Of a DNA stretch of 64,000 nucleotides, positions 1 to 8,807 are shown in pieces. A model generated the notes under the pieces. That model was given only the letters and a program-made list of their open reading frames with translations. It did not search any database and was not told where the DNA came from. This DNA is from Bacilli bacterium (GTDB lineage: Bacteria; Bacillota_I; Bacilli_A; RFN20; CAG-826). Numbering within the stretch: the stretch's first letter is position 1; each line of letters starts with the position of its first letter. The stretch lies in NCBI GenBank assembly GCA_050952725.1, contig JBMNLN010000001.1, forward strand, positions 578,454 to 642,453. The letters are read 5' to 3'. A program made the position numbers and the translations under genes.

Positions 1-1
1 T

Positions 2-781
2 TTTACTGAAGAGAGACGTAAAGCAATATTAACTTTGTTAAAAGTAAATAAAAAAATTTACGTCAATGAATTATCTGAACGTTTTCAAGTGTCTTCCACG
101 ACGATTCGAAATGACTTAACTTTTTTAGAAAAAAAAGGCTATTTAAAAAGGACTTTTGGAGGAGCGATACAAATTCAGGGTGTTTCTTTTGAAATGATCA
201 ATTCAGAGAAGTATAACGTCAATCTCCAAGAGAAGATAAAAATTGGAAAATATGCCGCTTCACTAGTTGAAGATGGCGACACAATTGCCCTTGATTGTGG
301 CACGACTACCTATTGCATGGCTGAGTTTTTAGATGATAAAAAACATCTAACGGTCATTACTAATGATTTAAAAATTGCTCTTTTATTCGAAGAATATTCT
401 CATATTTCAACAATTTTTATTGGAGGAACCATAAGAAAAGGTTTCTCTTGTACGGTGGGAGCGATTGCAAACAATTTTATCAACACTTTGAAAGTTGATA
501 AAAGTTTTATCGTTGCGAATACAATCAGTGATGAATTTGCTGTTTCAACTCCCGATTCGGAACAAGCTGAAATCAAAAAACAGTTGATGAATATCGCTAC
601 TCAAAAATATCTTTTATGCGATTCTTCAAAATTCAATCAAGTTTCTTTAATTACTTTTGCCTCTTTACATGATTTTGATGAAATTATTACCGATGAGCAT
701 CTCGACAATGATATTTTGAGAAGCGCCAAGAAACAGGCAATTAAACTCACCGCATTTAAAGGAGAAAATGAAGATGACTAA
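2..781 (+). CDS. DeoR/GlpR family transcriptional regulator (5'-truncated by window edge)
   Basis: Frame is open from base 2 (FTEERRKAILTLLKVNKK...). DeoR HTH 'VSSTTIRNDLTFLEKKGYLKRTFGGA' and sugar-sensing domain 'GDTIALDCGTTT...VITND'. The true start lies upstream of the window, not at the TTG at 35. Confidence 0.93.
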   Translation, partial: FTEERRKAILTLLKVNKKIYVNELSERFQVSSTTIRNDLTFLEKKGYLKRTFGGAIQIQGVSFEMINSEKYNVNLQEKIKIGKYAASLVEDGDTIALDCGTTTYCMAEFLDDKKHLTVITNDLKIALLFEEYSHISTIFIGGTIRKGFSCTVGAIANNFINTLKVDKSFIVANTISDEFAVSTPDSEQAEIKKQLMNIATQKYLLCDSSKFNQVSLITFASLHDFDEIITDEHLDNDILRSAKKQAIKLTAFKGENEDD

Positions 782-1310
782 AGTTGAAAAAAAAGCCAAA
801 GAAGATGCCTTAAACTTACTAAAAAAAGCTAATATCATCCTTAGTGACAAAGAGAAAAATCAATTAGAATTCTGTGATTATGGCTTAGATAATTTCGAAA
901 AAGTAGGGACGATGATTTTAATTTATGTCAACACTTCAAGAGTGTGTGCAAAGGAGATTATTTTGATGCCTTACCAAATTTGTCCCGAGCATATCCATCC
1001 TCAATTAGGTGATTATCCTGGAAAAGAAGAAACGTTTAGATGTCGCTATGGCGAAGTTTATCTCTATGTTCCAGGCGAAAAAGTAGAGAATCCGCGCGCG
1101 CGTATTCCTAATGGAAAAGAAGATGTCTACACCGTTTGGCACGAAATCGTTCTTAAACCAGGCGATCAGTATACGATGAAAGAAAAAACACTTCATTGGT
1201 TTCAAGCGGGACCAGAAGGAGCGGTTGTTTCGGAATTTTCCACACCGAGTTTTGATGAGGCGGATATCTTTACTGATCCCGAAATTAAAAGAGTAGGGAA
1301 ATTTAACTAA
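768..1310 (+). CDS. D-lyxose/D-mannose family sugar ketol-isomerase (cupin, YdaE-like)
   Basis: Motifs 'CAKEIILMPYQICPEHIHP', 'GKEETFRCRYGEVYLYVPG', 'LHWFQAGPEGAVVSEFST' match B. subtilis YdaE-type D-lyxose isomerases. Confidence 0.9.
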   Translation: MKMTKVEKKAKEDALNLLKKANIILSDKEKNQLEFCDYGLDNFEKVGTMILIYVNTSRVCAKEIILMPYQICPEHIHPQLGDYPGKEETFRCRYGEVYLYVPGEKVENPRARIPNGKEDVYTVWHEIVLKPGDQYTMKEKTLHWFQAGPEGAVVSEFSTPSFDEADIFTDPEIKRVGKFN

Positions 1311-1498
1311 TTTTCGCAGGATAACCCCCATAATTCGCTTATTAAATTCATCTCTGTTTTTTCAGTAAATTCTAAAAAGATACCAGGATTTTAATGTTAA
1401 AAATCAATATAAAAGCCTAAAATTTTCATTGAAAATCAACCTCTTTTCAAGACTGTAACTGAACTTATTTTATCCTAAAATAAAATTCAAAAACATTG

Positions 1499-1527
1499 TT
1501 TACATTAGCGCTAATGTAATATATCAT
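1499..1527 (+). promoter_or_regulatory. sigma70/sigmaA promoter of the glycan operon
   Basis: TTTACA (1499-1504), 17-bp spacer, TATCAT (1522-1527), 22 bp upstream of ATG 1550 with RBS GAGG at 1537. Confidence 0.7.
1500..1519. promoter_or_regulatory. Perfect 20-bp palindrome, putative LacI-family operator
   Basis: TTACATTAGCGCTAATGTAA is its own reverse complement, has the AGCGCT core typical of LacI/GalR operators, and overlaps the -35 box and spacer. Confidence 0.8.
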
Positions 1528-1549
1528 GAAATTGAAGAGGTACAAACAT

Positions 1550-3349
1550 ATGAAAAAAAATACCAAACTTTTTGGCGTCTTCGCTGCTCTATTTTTGTGT
1601 GCTTTGACTGCTCCCTTAGTGGGGTGTAGAGGCGGACAAGGCAGTTCTGTAAGTGAATCTATCGATGAGAACCCCGATGTGACGATTAAAATTTCATCTA
1701 CTGTCAATCAAGTGCCAATCGGGGGCACTATCACCATTCGGGTGTTAGTTATGGGCACAGCATCACGTGATGTGACTTGGTCAACATCAAACAGCAATAT
1801 TGCTACAGTCGATGGTGGCACCGTAACGGGGATTGCGGTTGGCGAAGTTGATATTACAGCAACTTTAGTCGCTTATCCAAGTAAAAGCGCCACACAGAGA
1901 GTCAATGTTATTGAAGCGACAGCTCCGACATCAATTAACGCGGGGGAAACCAATCAGCTCGGTTGGGTGGATGAAAACATTACCCTAGATTTAGAATTTG
2001 TTCCCGAAACCGCTGATAAACGTGTCAATTACACTTCGAATAATCCTGCTGTTGCAATTGTTAATGATGAAGGAGTAATTTCCTTCTTGAAAAAGGGTAC
2101 AGCTAATATCACCATTACTTCGTTCCTAGATTCAACCATCTCCACAACAATTAATTTCACAGTGAAAGATGGTCCTTTCTGGACGAACAAAGGTGGTTAC
2201 AGCAATTATTTTGATTATAGCCATCAAGGTGATGAAACCGATCCGTATGTTTCGACGAATTTCACGATGACTGGCGATAATTTACCAACATATGCTTGGT
2301 TTAAACTCCAACCTACTCAAAGATACTATGCTGAGGCAACGATTAGTTTTGGCGAAACCACGGTCGATCCCTGGACGAGAGTTGGCATTGGTTCGGCGAC
2401 AACAGATACCGATACCCGCGCTTTCTATTTCTCGGATAAGGAAGGACAAAAAACGATGATGCTCGATTTCCCAGTGGAATTTGGTGGCAATCAACACCAA
2501 AGCACGATTTGGCGCGTTAATGGAATCTATGCGATTGATAAAACCGACTTTAAATTAGGAATCTTACGCGATGGCAATGATTACTACTATACGATTAATG
2601 GTAAATTGTACTGGTTTGAAGAAAATAATCGCTTTACTGGCATTGGCAGCACTCCATTAATTATCGGGAAGGATGTAGCCTTTACTATTTTTGATGCCTA
2701 TAGCACAGTTGATGAGGAAGTCATTACTGCCAAACTTAATTCAGATGCCTACAAGGAGAGGTTCTTTTCAGCGTCTTCCTTAGGCGGACAAGTAATTTAC
2801 ACTAAAGATACCGATAGTTGGCGATTTAACAATCTTGGACGTGAGGATTGGAATAACATCTGTATGGGGCAACAACGGGCAAAAGCTCTAGGTGATAAAG
2901 GTCTTGCAAAAGGAAATTTCAAAATTGAATTTGATATTTCTGCGGTCGAATTTGAAGAGACAAATATTGCTAACTCGATGGCTGGTGTCACCATGAGACG
3001 ATATAACTCGTGGGAACCTGACATGGAATCCATCTGCTTAACAAAAGATCATATTCAATATCGGCATTGGAACTTAGAGTCACCAACCAACGCTTTTGAA
3101 ACAGGTAAATTAACTGCAGTTGATTCAGCGACATTTGCTTTGGTTGATGTGGAAAAAACTTATCACATTGCAATTGAACGCACGATCCTTGGTGCCCGTA
3201 GTGAATTCAAAGTGACGATGGATGGTGAAGTGATTCAATTTAATGAAGCGGACACTTATCGTGTCAACTTTATTGGCAAGTATTTAGTTTCCTTTGGTGC
3301 TAACGATTGCAAAGCCACAATTTCCAACTTTACGATTACTAATCTTTAA
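1550..3349 (+). CDS. Surface lipoprotein with two Ig-like (Big_2-type) domains and two unassigned beta-rich domains
   Basis: Start ATG 1550 after RBS. Lipobox LVGC, Ser-rich linker, Big_2 motifs 'VTWSTSNSNIATVDGGTVTGIAVGEVDITAT' and 'VNYTSNNPAVAIVNDEGVISFLKKGTANITITS'. Paralogous to 3390..5255. Confidence 0.8.
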   Translation: MKKNTKLFGVFAALFLCALTAPLVGCRGGQGSSVSESIDENPDVTIKISSTVNQVPIGGTITIRVLVMGTASRDVTWSTSNSNIATVDGGTVTGIAVGEVDITATLVAYPSKSATQRVNVIEATAPTSINAGETNQLGWVDENITLDLEFVPETADKRVNYTSNNPAVAIVNDEGVISFLKKGTANITITSFLDSTISTTINFTVKDGPFWTNKGGYSNYFDYSHQGDETDPYVSTNFTMTGDNLPTYAWFKLQPTQRYYAEATISFGETTVDPWTRVGIGSATTDTDTRAFYFSDKEGQKTMMLDFPVEFGGNQHQSTIWRVNGIYAIDKTDFKLGILRDGNDYYYTINGKLYWFEENNRFTGIGSTPLIIGKDVAFTIFDAYSTVDEEVITAKLNSDAYKERFFSASSLGGQVIYTKDTDSWRFNNLGREDWNNICMGQQRAKALGDKGLAKGNFKIEFDISAVEFEETNIANSMAGVTMRRYNSWEPDMESICLTKDHIQYRHWNLESPTNAFETGKLTAVDSATFALVDVEKTYHIAIERTILGARSEFKVTMDGEVIQFNEADTYRVNFIGKYLVSFGANDCKATISNFTITNL

Positions 3350-3389
3350 TTTGTCTTCATCGATATCAACTTTTTAAAGGAGAAAGAAA

Positions 3390-5255
3390 ATGAAAAATAG
3401 GAAAATCTTTTCGATTGTCAGCCTTTTCCTTCTTTTAAGTGTCGTCTCATGTCAACATGGCAGTTCGCAATCGCAAGATTCAACTAGCATTGCCGCACCG
3501 ACAATTGTTATCGAAGAAGTCGGTCAAACAGCAATTTATGTTGGTGATGAACTGCAATTGACGGCGACAGTTACCAATAATATCGACAATTTAACGCTCA
3601 AATGGAAATCCTCTAACGAAGAAATCGCTACTGTTAGCGATGCTGGACTTGTCAGGGCGCTCGCTCCAGGTAATGTCAACATCTGCGCTTATTTACAAGG
3701 CACAGAAATTACGAGTAATATCATTGCCCTTGGTGTTTTAATGCCGATTCCGATGACTGGAGTGGAAATTACGAATGTAATTGATCAGTATTTCCTCATT
3801 GATCAAACTCTTGATATCACCGTAGCGCTAACCCCAAATAATGCGCGTAACGACCTCGAGTTAATAGCTGAACCGAGTGCCAAAGCTGAAATTAACGGGA
3901 TGTGCGTCAAATTCCTTGATGAGGGAAACATCACCTTAACTGTAAGAAGTCGCGCGAATAATGAAGTTCAAGCACAAGTGATGGTTCAAGTGTTAGAAAA
4001 GAGCCCTTTCTTGCAAATGTCAAAAGGCTATTCGCTCAATATGTCCTTTCAAAACATGTTGAAATTAGAAAATGCCTATATCGATGTGAAGGATTATAGC
4101 GATGAAAACGAAAACCCCTTCCATCAAGCGATTGCGAATATAACGGCTACTCGGTTTTATTTCGAAACGCGCATCAACTTACAAAACTATCGTGGTGGCG
4201 AACACGGTTGGCCATATGTCGGGGTGGGCCATGCGACCGAAGTTTCTAATTATCGGGAAGGCCGTGCTTTATTCTTCTCACCGATGGATGAACATAAAGT
4301 AGTGACAATGGATTTAGGCAAATGCTTTGCGGCCGAGGGAAGTCCTCAAGATCAATTCTCCTTGTCCTACCAAGCAAACGGCTTAAAAGATATGGATATC
4401 ACCGCCTTAAAACTCGCGGTTTTACGTGATGAAAATGAATTCTATTTCCTCATCAATGATGTCCTTTATGGATATGAAGTCCGCGATTATACCAGCATTC
4501 CCACCAATCCAATCATTTATGGTAAGGATACTTATCATAAAATGAGCGATTGGTACATGACAACGGATGCCGATGTTATCAATGCCAAATTGCAAGGTCA
4601 AAATTACAAAAATATCTTTTTCCCTGGGAGAGATAATACTGTGGTCGACAATGAGAATAAAACGATTACCTTCTCTTGTAAGGATGGTAATAAATGGGAA
4701 GATAGTTACGCTGTGGCGACCTATGCTAAAACCATTGGTGATAAAGCTCTACTCGAAGGTGATTTTGAAATTGAATACGACATTACCGCGATTCATGCGA
4801 CAACTAACGAAATTGCAAAGCGCTTGAGTTTAATGTTATTACGCGCTGATACTTATCCCCATCTTTATGATTGCTTCGGTGTCAATAACTGGTGGTGGGA
4901 AGACAATAACGAAGTCTATGGAGCCGAGTATAAAACTTGGTCCGAAGGACAACCAGCCTATTCCTCAGCGAACGTGGTTAATGGTCGTATTGGCGATGAT
5001 GGCGTCCGGCAAAAACCTGCTGAACCTAACGATCACGTGGTGGGTCATTACAAAGTGACGCGCGTGATTGAAGGAGGAAAATCGGTCTTTACCTGGACTT
5101 TTACCCAAGCGGGAACGGATAAAACTGAAAATGTCTTTGCTTTCACTGGTAAAGAAAATGTCAAAGTGAGTTACACTGGTCGTTACCGGATTAATTTTGG
5201 TGCCGCTTGTGTCGATGGAACAATTGCGAACTGGACTTGGAAAAACATCGAATAA
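3390..5255 (+). CDS. Surface lipoprotein with Ig-like (Big_2-type) domains and two unassigned beta-rich domains (paralogue of previous gene)
   Basis: RBS AAGGAG, lipobox VVSC, Big_2 motif 'LKWKSSNEEIATVSDAGLVRALAPGNVNICAY'. Collinear similarity to 1550..3349, e.g. KLAVLRDENEFYFLIN vs KLGILRDGNDYYYTIN. Confidence 0.8.
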   Translation: MKNRKIFSIVSLFLLLSVVSCQHGSSQSQDSTSIAAPTIVIEEVGQTAIYVGDELQLTATVTNNIDNLTLKWKSSNEEIATVSDAGLVRALAPGNVNICAYLQGTEITSNIIALGVLMPIPMTGVEITNVIDQYFLIDQTLDITVALTPNNARNDLELIAEPSAKAEINGMCVKFLDEGNITLTVRSRANNEVQAQVMVQVLEKSPFLQMSKGYSLNMSFQNMLKLENAYIDVKDYSDENENPFHQAIANITATRFYFETRINLQNYRGGEHGWPYVGVGHATEVSNYREGRALFFSPMDEHKVVTMDLGKCFAAEGSPQDQFSLSYQANGLKDMDITALKLAVLRDENEFYFLINDVLYGYEVRDYTSIPTNPIIYGKDTYHKMSDWYMTTDADVINAKLQGQNYKNIFFPGRDNTVVDNENKTITFSCKDGNKWEDSYAVATYAKTIGDKALLEGDFEIEYDITAIHATTNEIAKRLSLMLLRADTYPHLYDCFGVNNWWWEDNNEVYGAEYKTWSEGQPAYSSANVVNGRIGDDGVRQKPAEPNDHVVGHYKVTRVIEGGKSVFTWTFTQAGTDKTENVFAFTGKENVKVSYTGRYRINFGAACVDGTIANWTWKNIE

Positions 5256-5257
5256 AA

Positions 5258-6412
5258 ATGAAAAAGTTTGCTCTGCTTTTGCCGTTATTTCTCATCCTTT
5301 GTTCTTGTATAAAGAATAATGGTTTAAGCAGTTCTTCAAGCGAAAATTCACAGCAACTTACATCAAGTCCCTACCGAAATTCTTTATGTTTAAAAGACGA
5401 AAATGGCGATGATATCCCCTTTTTCGGCGCTGATCCCGATATCATCAAAGGTGATGACGGATATTATTATTTGTATACTTCGGAGCAATATGTCAATGTT
5501 CCCAAACGGGGGCGAATGTTAGATCGCTGTCCAACTTATCGCAGTCGCGATATGGTGAATTGGACATATTGCTCCAGTGTCTTTTTGGACCAAGCTGTCG
5601 ATTTAAATAGTTTTTGTTACCCCGATGTAGGAATCTGGGCTCCATCCATTAACTATTTCAACGGTCAATATTATTGTTATTACTCTATCGGATATGGATG
5701 GACTGCTGGAGATAATCATCTTGAATATTGTGGGATTGGTCTTGCGACTTCCTTAAACCCCTATGGTCCTTGGACTCATTACGGTAAATTATTTGATTCC
5801 AAAGAATGCGGTGTGCCCGTCTCCATTGATCCCTTTGCCTTTCAAAAAGAAGATGGCAAAATATATCTATTTTGGGGTTCTTATAATGGGATATATGCGG
5901 TTGAAATGACAATTGATGGACTGGAAGTAATTGATTTAGAAAAAAAGATTGAAATTGTCGATCCAACCCCCTCCCTTAGCGAGAGTTACGAAGGGATATA
6001 TATCTTTAAAAAAGATGACACCTATTATTTTTCTGGCTCTCGGAATGGATTTGGCGGAGGATTACATTCTCGCTATGATGTGGCAAGCGGATATGCTTCT
6101 TCATTACTCGGACCTTATAAAGATTCGACTGGTCATGACTTATTTGGCGGGGGAGATCTAGTTATTGAAGGTGATTTCGAAGATGAGTATGGCTTACGTG
6201 GAACTGGGCATCACGCAATTATTCAAGATGAAATTGGCGATTATTGGATTATCTATCATTGCTATGATCCCCGCTGCCCAGTTGCTAATGAGCGCACCAT
6301 CTGTATTGACAAACTTATTTTTGAAGATAACCACACTTTCCATACGGAAAATTATGTAGGTTCTAACACTGTCAAAAATGGACCAAAAGTGGAGGTGTAC
6401 GCGCATGAATAA
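5258..6412 (+). CDS. GH43 glycoside hydrolase (arabinanase-like branch), lipoprotein
   Basis: Start ATG 5258, lipobox LCSC. Five-blade propeller catalytic motifs ADP (GADPDII), WAP, SIDPF, YEG, and GTGHHAI. Confidence 0.9.
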   Translation: MKKFALLLPLFLILCSCIKNNGLSSSSSENSQQLTSSPYRNSLCLKDENGDDIPFFGADPDIIKGDDGYYYLYTSEQYVNVPKRGRMLDRCPTYRSRDMVNWTYCSSVFLDQAVDLNSFCYPDVGIWAPSINYFNGQYYCYYSIGYGWTAGDNHLEYCGIGLATSLNPYGPWTHYGKLFDSKECGVPVSIDPFAFQKEDGKIYLFWGSYNGIYAVEMTIDGLEVIDLEKKIEIVDPTPSLSESYEGIYIFKKDDTYYFSGSRNGFGGGLHSRYDVASGYASSLLGPYKDSTGHDLFGGGDLVIEGDFEDEYGLRGTGHHAIIQDEIGDYWIIYHCYDPRCPVANERTICIDKLIFEDNHTFHTENYVGSNTVKNGPKVEVYAHE

Positions 6413-7649
6413 GTTAAAGAGAATTATCTTATTGGCCCCAGTTCTACTTTTTGTTGCTTGTGACATCAAACCAATAACGGACGAACAAGAATCATCTAAT
6501 TCAGGTGAAGCGAGTTATTCTTATGCGAGTGATTCTTTTGAGTTTCCCGATGTGGACATCGCTCCCAAACAGATAATTTTTGAAAATCCGTTGCGCTTCA
6601 AAATCAATGAAAATGGTGAAACGGATTACGCTCCCATCGCCGATCCATTTGTGATGCATGCCGATGATGGTTATTTCTATCTTGTTTGTTCCAATACTTA
6701 TGTGCATTCATTAACCGAAGGGCGCAAATTTGATTATGGGGCGATTTTTCGAAGTCCTGATTTAGATAATTGGGTCTATGTGAGCAGTGTCTTTGAAGAT
6801 GCCGATAATCCGTTTGCTTGGTATGAATGCGCTGATGAAGGAATCCGGATTCAAGTTAATGCGCCCAATCTTACTAAGGTGGGCAAACATTATATTTACT
6901 ATTACACTTTAACCGCTGGACAACTGCACAATCCAGGTATTGGTTATGCTTATTCCTTGAATCCTTACGGACCATGGACTCAAGGGGGAAAATTATTTAC
7001 CAGCAATGAAATAGGTGTTTATAACTCCAGTGACCAAGATATCTTTATCGATGATGATGGCCAAATTTATATCATTTGGGGTTCTGGCGATGGCATTTGG
7101 GTTTGTGAATTAGCTGAAGATGGGATGTCCTTAAAGGGCGGTCTTGAATATGCAAAACAAAACAAAAAATGGATTGCTGGTTGGGCGAATGAATTAGGGA
7201 ACAATATGCATAATTATGAAGCTGCCAATGTTATTAAGCGGAATAATCGCTATTATCTTTTCTTATCAACTGGAGGATGGGATGGCGGGGCTAATGCGGG
7301 ATATCACACCTTAGTTTGTGCGTCTAATTCAATTTACGGACCTTACTTTGATTCTCTTAATCGCGATATGAAAAGCGCCTATCAAGGCGATGACGTCTTG
7401 TTACCAGATAAAGATTATGTCTCAGGCGTCGGTCACTCCTGCGTTTACCGAGATGATAAAGGTGATGATTGGATTTTCTATCATGGATATGATCAAATTG
7501 GACGTTGCGAAGAAAATAATAAGCGAATACTATTCGTTGATAAATTAATTTATAACTCAGAAACAGGGATGCCGTATGTGTTGGATTATACCCCCTCATA
7601 TGGAGAACAATTTGGTCCCTATGTAGAGAGGTGCGCTTATGAAAATTAA
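6405..7649 (+). CDS. GH43 glycoside hydrolase, lipoprotein, with variant active-site motifs
   Basis: Start ATG 6405 after GGAGG, lipobox FVAC. IADPF and YEAA retained; WAP replaced by NAP and SIDP by SSDQD. C-terminal GVGHSCV. Confidence 0.87.
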   Translation: MNKLKRIILLAPVLLFVACDIKPITDEQESSNSGEASYSYASDSFEFPDVDIAPKQIIFENPLRFKINENGETDYAPIADPFVMHADDGYFYLVCSNTYVHSLTEGRKFDYGAIFRSPDLDNWVYVSSVFEDADNPFAWYECADEGIRIQVNAPNLTKVGKHYIYYYTLTAGQLHNPGIGYAYSLNPYGPWTQGGKLFTSNEIGVYNSSDQDIFIDDDGQIYIIWGSGDGIWVCELAEDGMSLKGGLEYAKQNKKWIAGWANELGNNMHNYEAANVIKRNNRYYLFLSTGGWDGGANAGYHTLVCASNSIYGPYFDSLNRDMKSAYQGDDVLLPDKDYVSGVGHSCVYRDDKGDDWIFYHGYDQIGRCEENNKRILFVDKLIYNSETGMPYVLDYTPSYGEQFGPYVERCAYEN

Positions 7650-8793
7650 GATAAAATCATTTTTTCTCGTGCTTACGACGATTTTATGGGGGTGTACAAA
7701 ACCACCGCTTGAAAACAGCGTGAGCGAAGATATTTATAAAGAACAAGGTGATGTCAACAATTCTTATACCAACCGCTTGCCGATTCATAAACAAAATGGA
7801 GAGGAAGAGTTTGTGCCAACTGCCGATCCCTTTTGCTTTCGTGACGATGATGGCACGTTTTATCTTTATTGTTCCAACACTTATTGCACCCAAGCTGATG
7901 ATGCGGAAGTGACTTTAGATTATGGGCCAATCTTCAAAAGTCAAACGATGACTTCGTGGCAGTGGTGTGGTTCGGTTTTCCGCGGTCAAGAAACTTATGC
8001 ACTTTGGAATAATGGCGAAGGCGGGGTTTGGGCTCCGACAGTTATCAAAATCAATAATCACTACAACTTTTATTACACCTTAGGTGCTGGTGGTTTTTAT
8101 AGCGAATATACCGGGATTGGTGTTGCGACTTCCCCGACACCTTACGGACCTTGGACACACTATGGGAAAGTCTTCAATTCTGGTGAAATTGGCGTAGCCA
8201 ATTCCATTGACCCCTATGTCTTCATTGATGATGGAAAAATCTTGATGGCGTTTGGAAGTGGTGATGGGATTTGGATTGTAGAATTAAATGCTGACGGGAC
8301 AGCTTTAAAAGATGGATTACAAGCGCAATACAATAACAAGCGACAAATCGCAGGTTTTAATATTTTTCAACAAGATAATTACGAAGCCTGTTTCATTCAA
8401 AAGAAAAATGGTTATTACTACATCTATCTTTCAACTGGTAGTTGCTGTGCGGGATTATCCTCCACCTACCACGTTGTGGTTGGGAAAAGCGAATCAGTTT
8501 ATGGCCCCTATCTGGGGAGTAATGGCAAACCGATTGATACCTATAATCGCGGCGATACTGTAGTTGAAAGTCATATGACCAAGGGAACTGGAACGGGACA
8601 CTGTGCAATCATTCAAGATAGTCGTGGTCTAGATTGGATTGTTTACCACGCTTATGATCCGAATGAAGAAGGATGGAAACAACATGAACGCGTCCTTTAT
8701 ATCGATCGCCTATATTGGAATGAAAAAGGCTATCCCCTTTGTAAGGACCGTTATCCAACTCATGAAGAAGTGCCAGGACCATATCTTGAATAA
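7639..8793 (+). CDS. GH43 glycoside hydrolase (arabinanase-like branch), lipoprotein
   Basis: Lipobox LWGC. Motifs TADPF, VWAPTV, NSIDPY, YEA, STGSCC, GTGHCAI. Confidence 0.9.
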   Translation: MKIKIKSFFLVLTTILWGCTKPPLENSVSEDIYKEQGDVNNSYTNRLPIHKQNGEEEFVPTADPFCFRDDDGTFYLYCSNTYCTQADDAEVTLDYGPIFKSQTMTSWQWCGSVFRGQETYALWNNGEGGVWAPTVIKINNHYNFYYTLGAGGFYSEYTGIGVATSPTPYGPWTHYGKVFNSGEIGVANSIDPYVFIDDGKILMAFGSGDGIWIVELNADGTALKDGLQAQYNNKRQIAGFNIFQQDNYEACFIQKKNGYYYIYLSTGSCCAGLSSTYHVVVGKSESVYGPYLGSNGKPIDTYNRGDTVVESHMTKGTGTGHCAIIQDSRGLDWIVYHAYDPNEEGWKQHERVLYIDRLYWNEKGYPLCKDRYPTHEEVPGPYLE

Positions 8794-8807
8794 GGAGGAA
8801 TTAGCGA

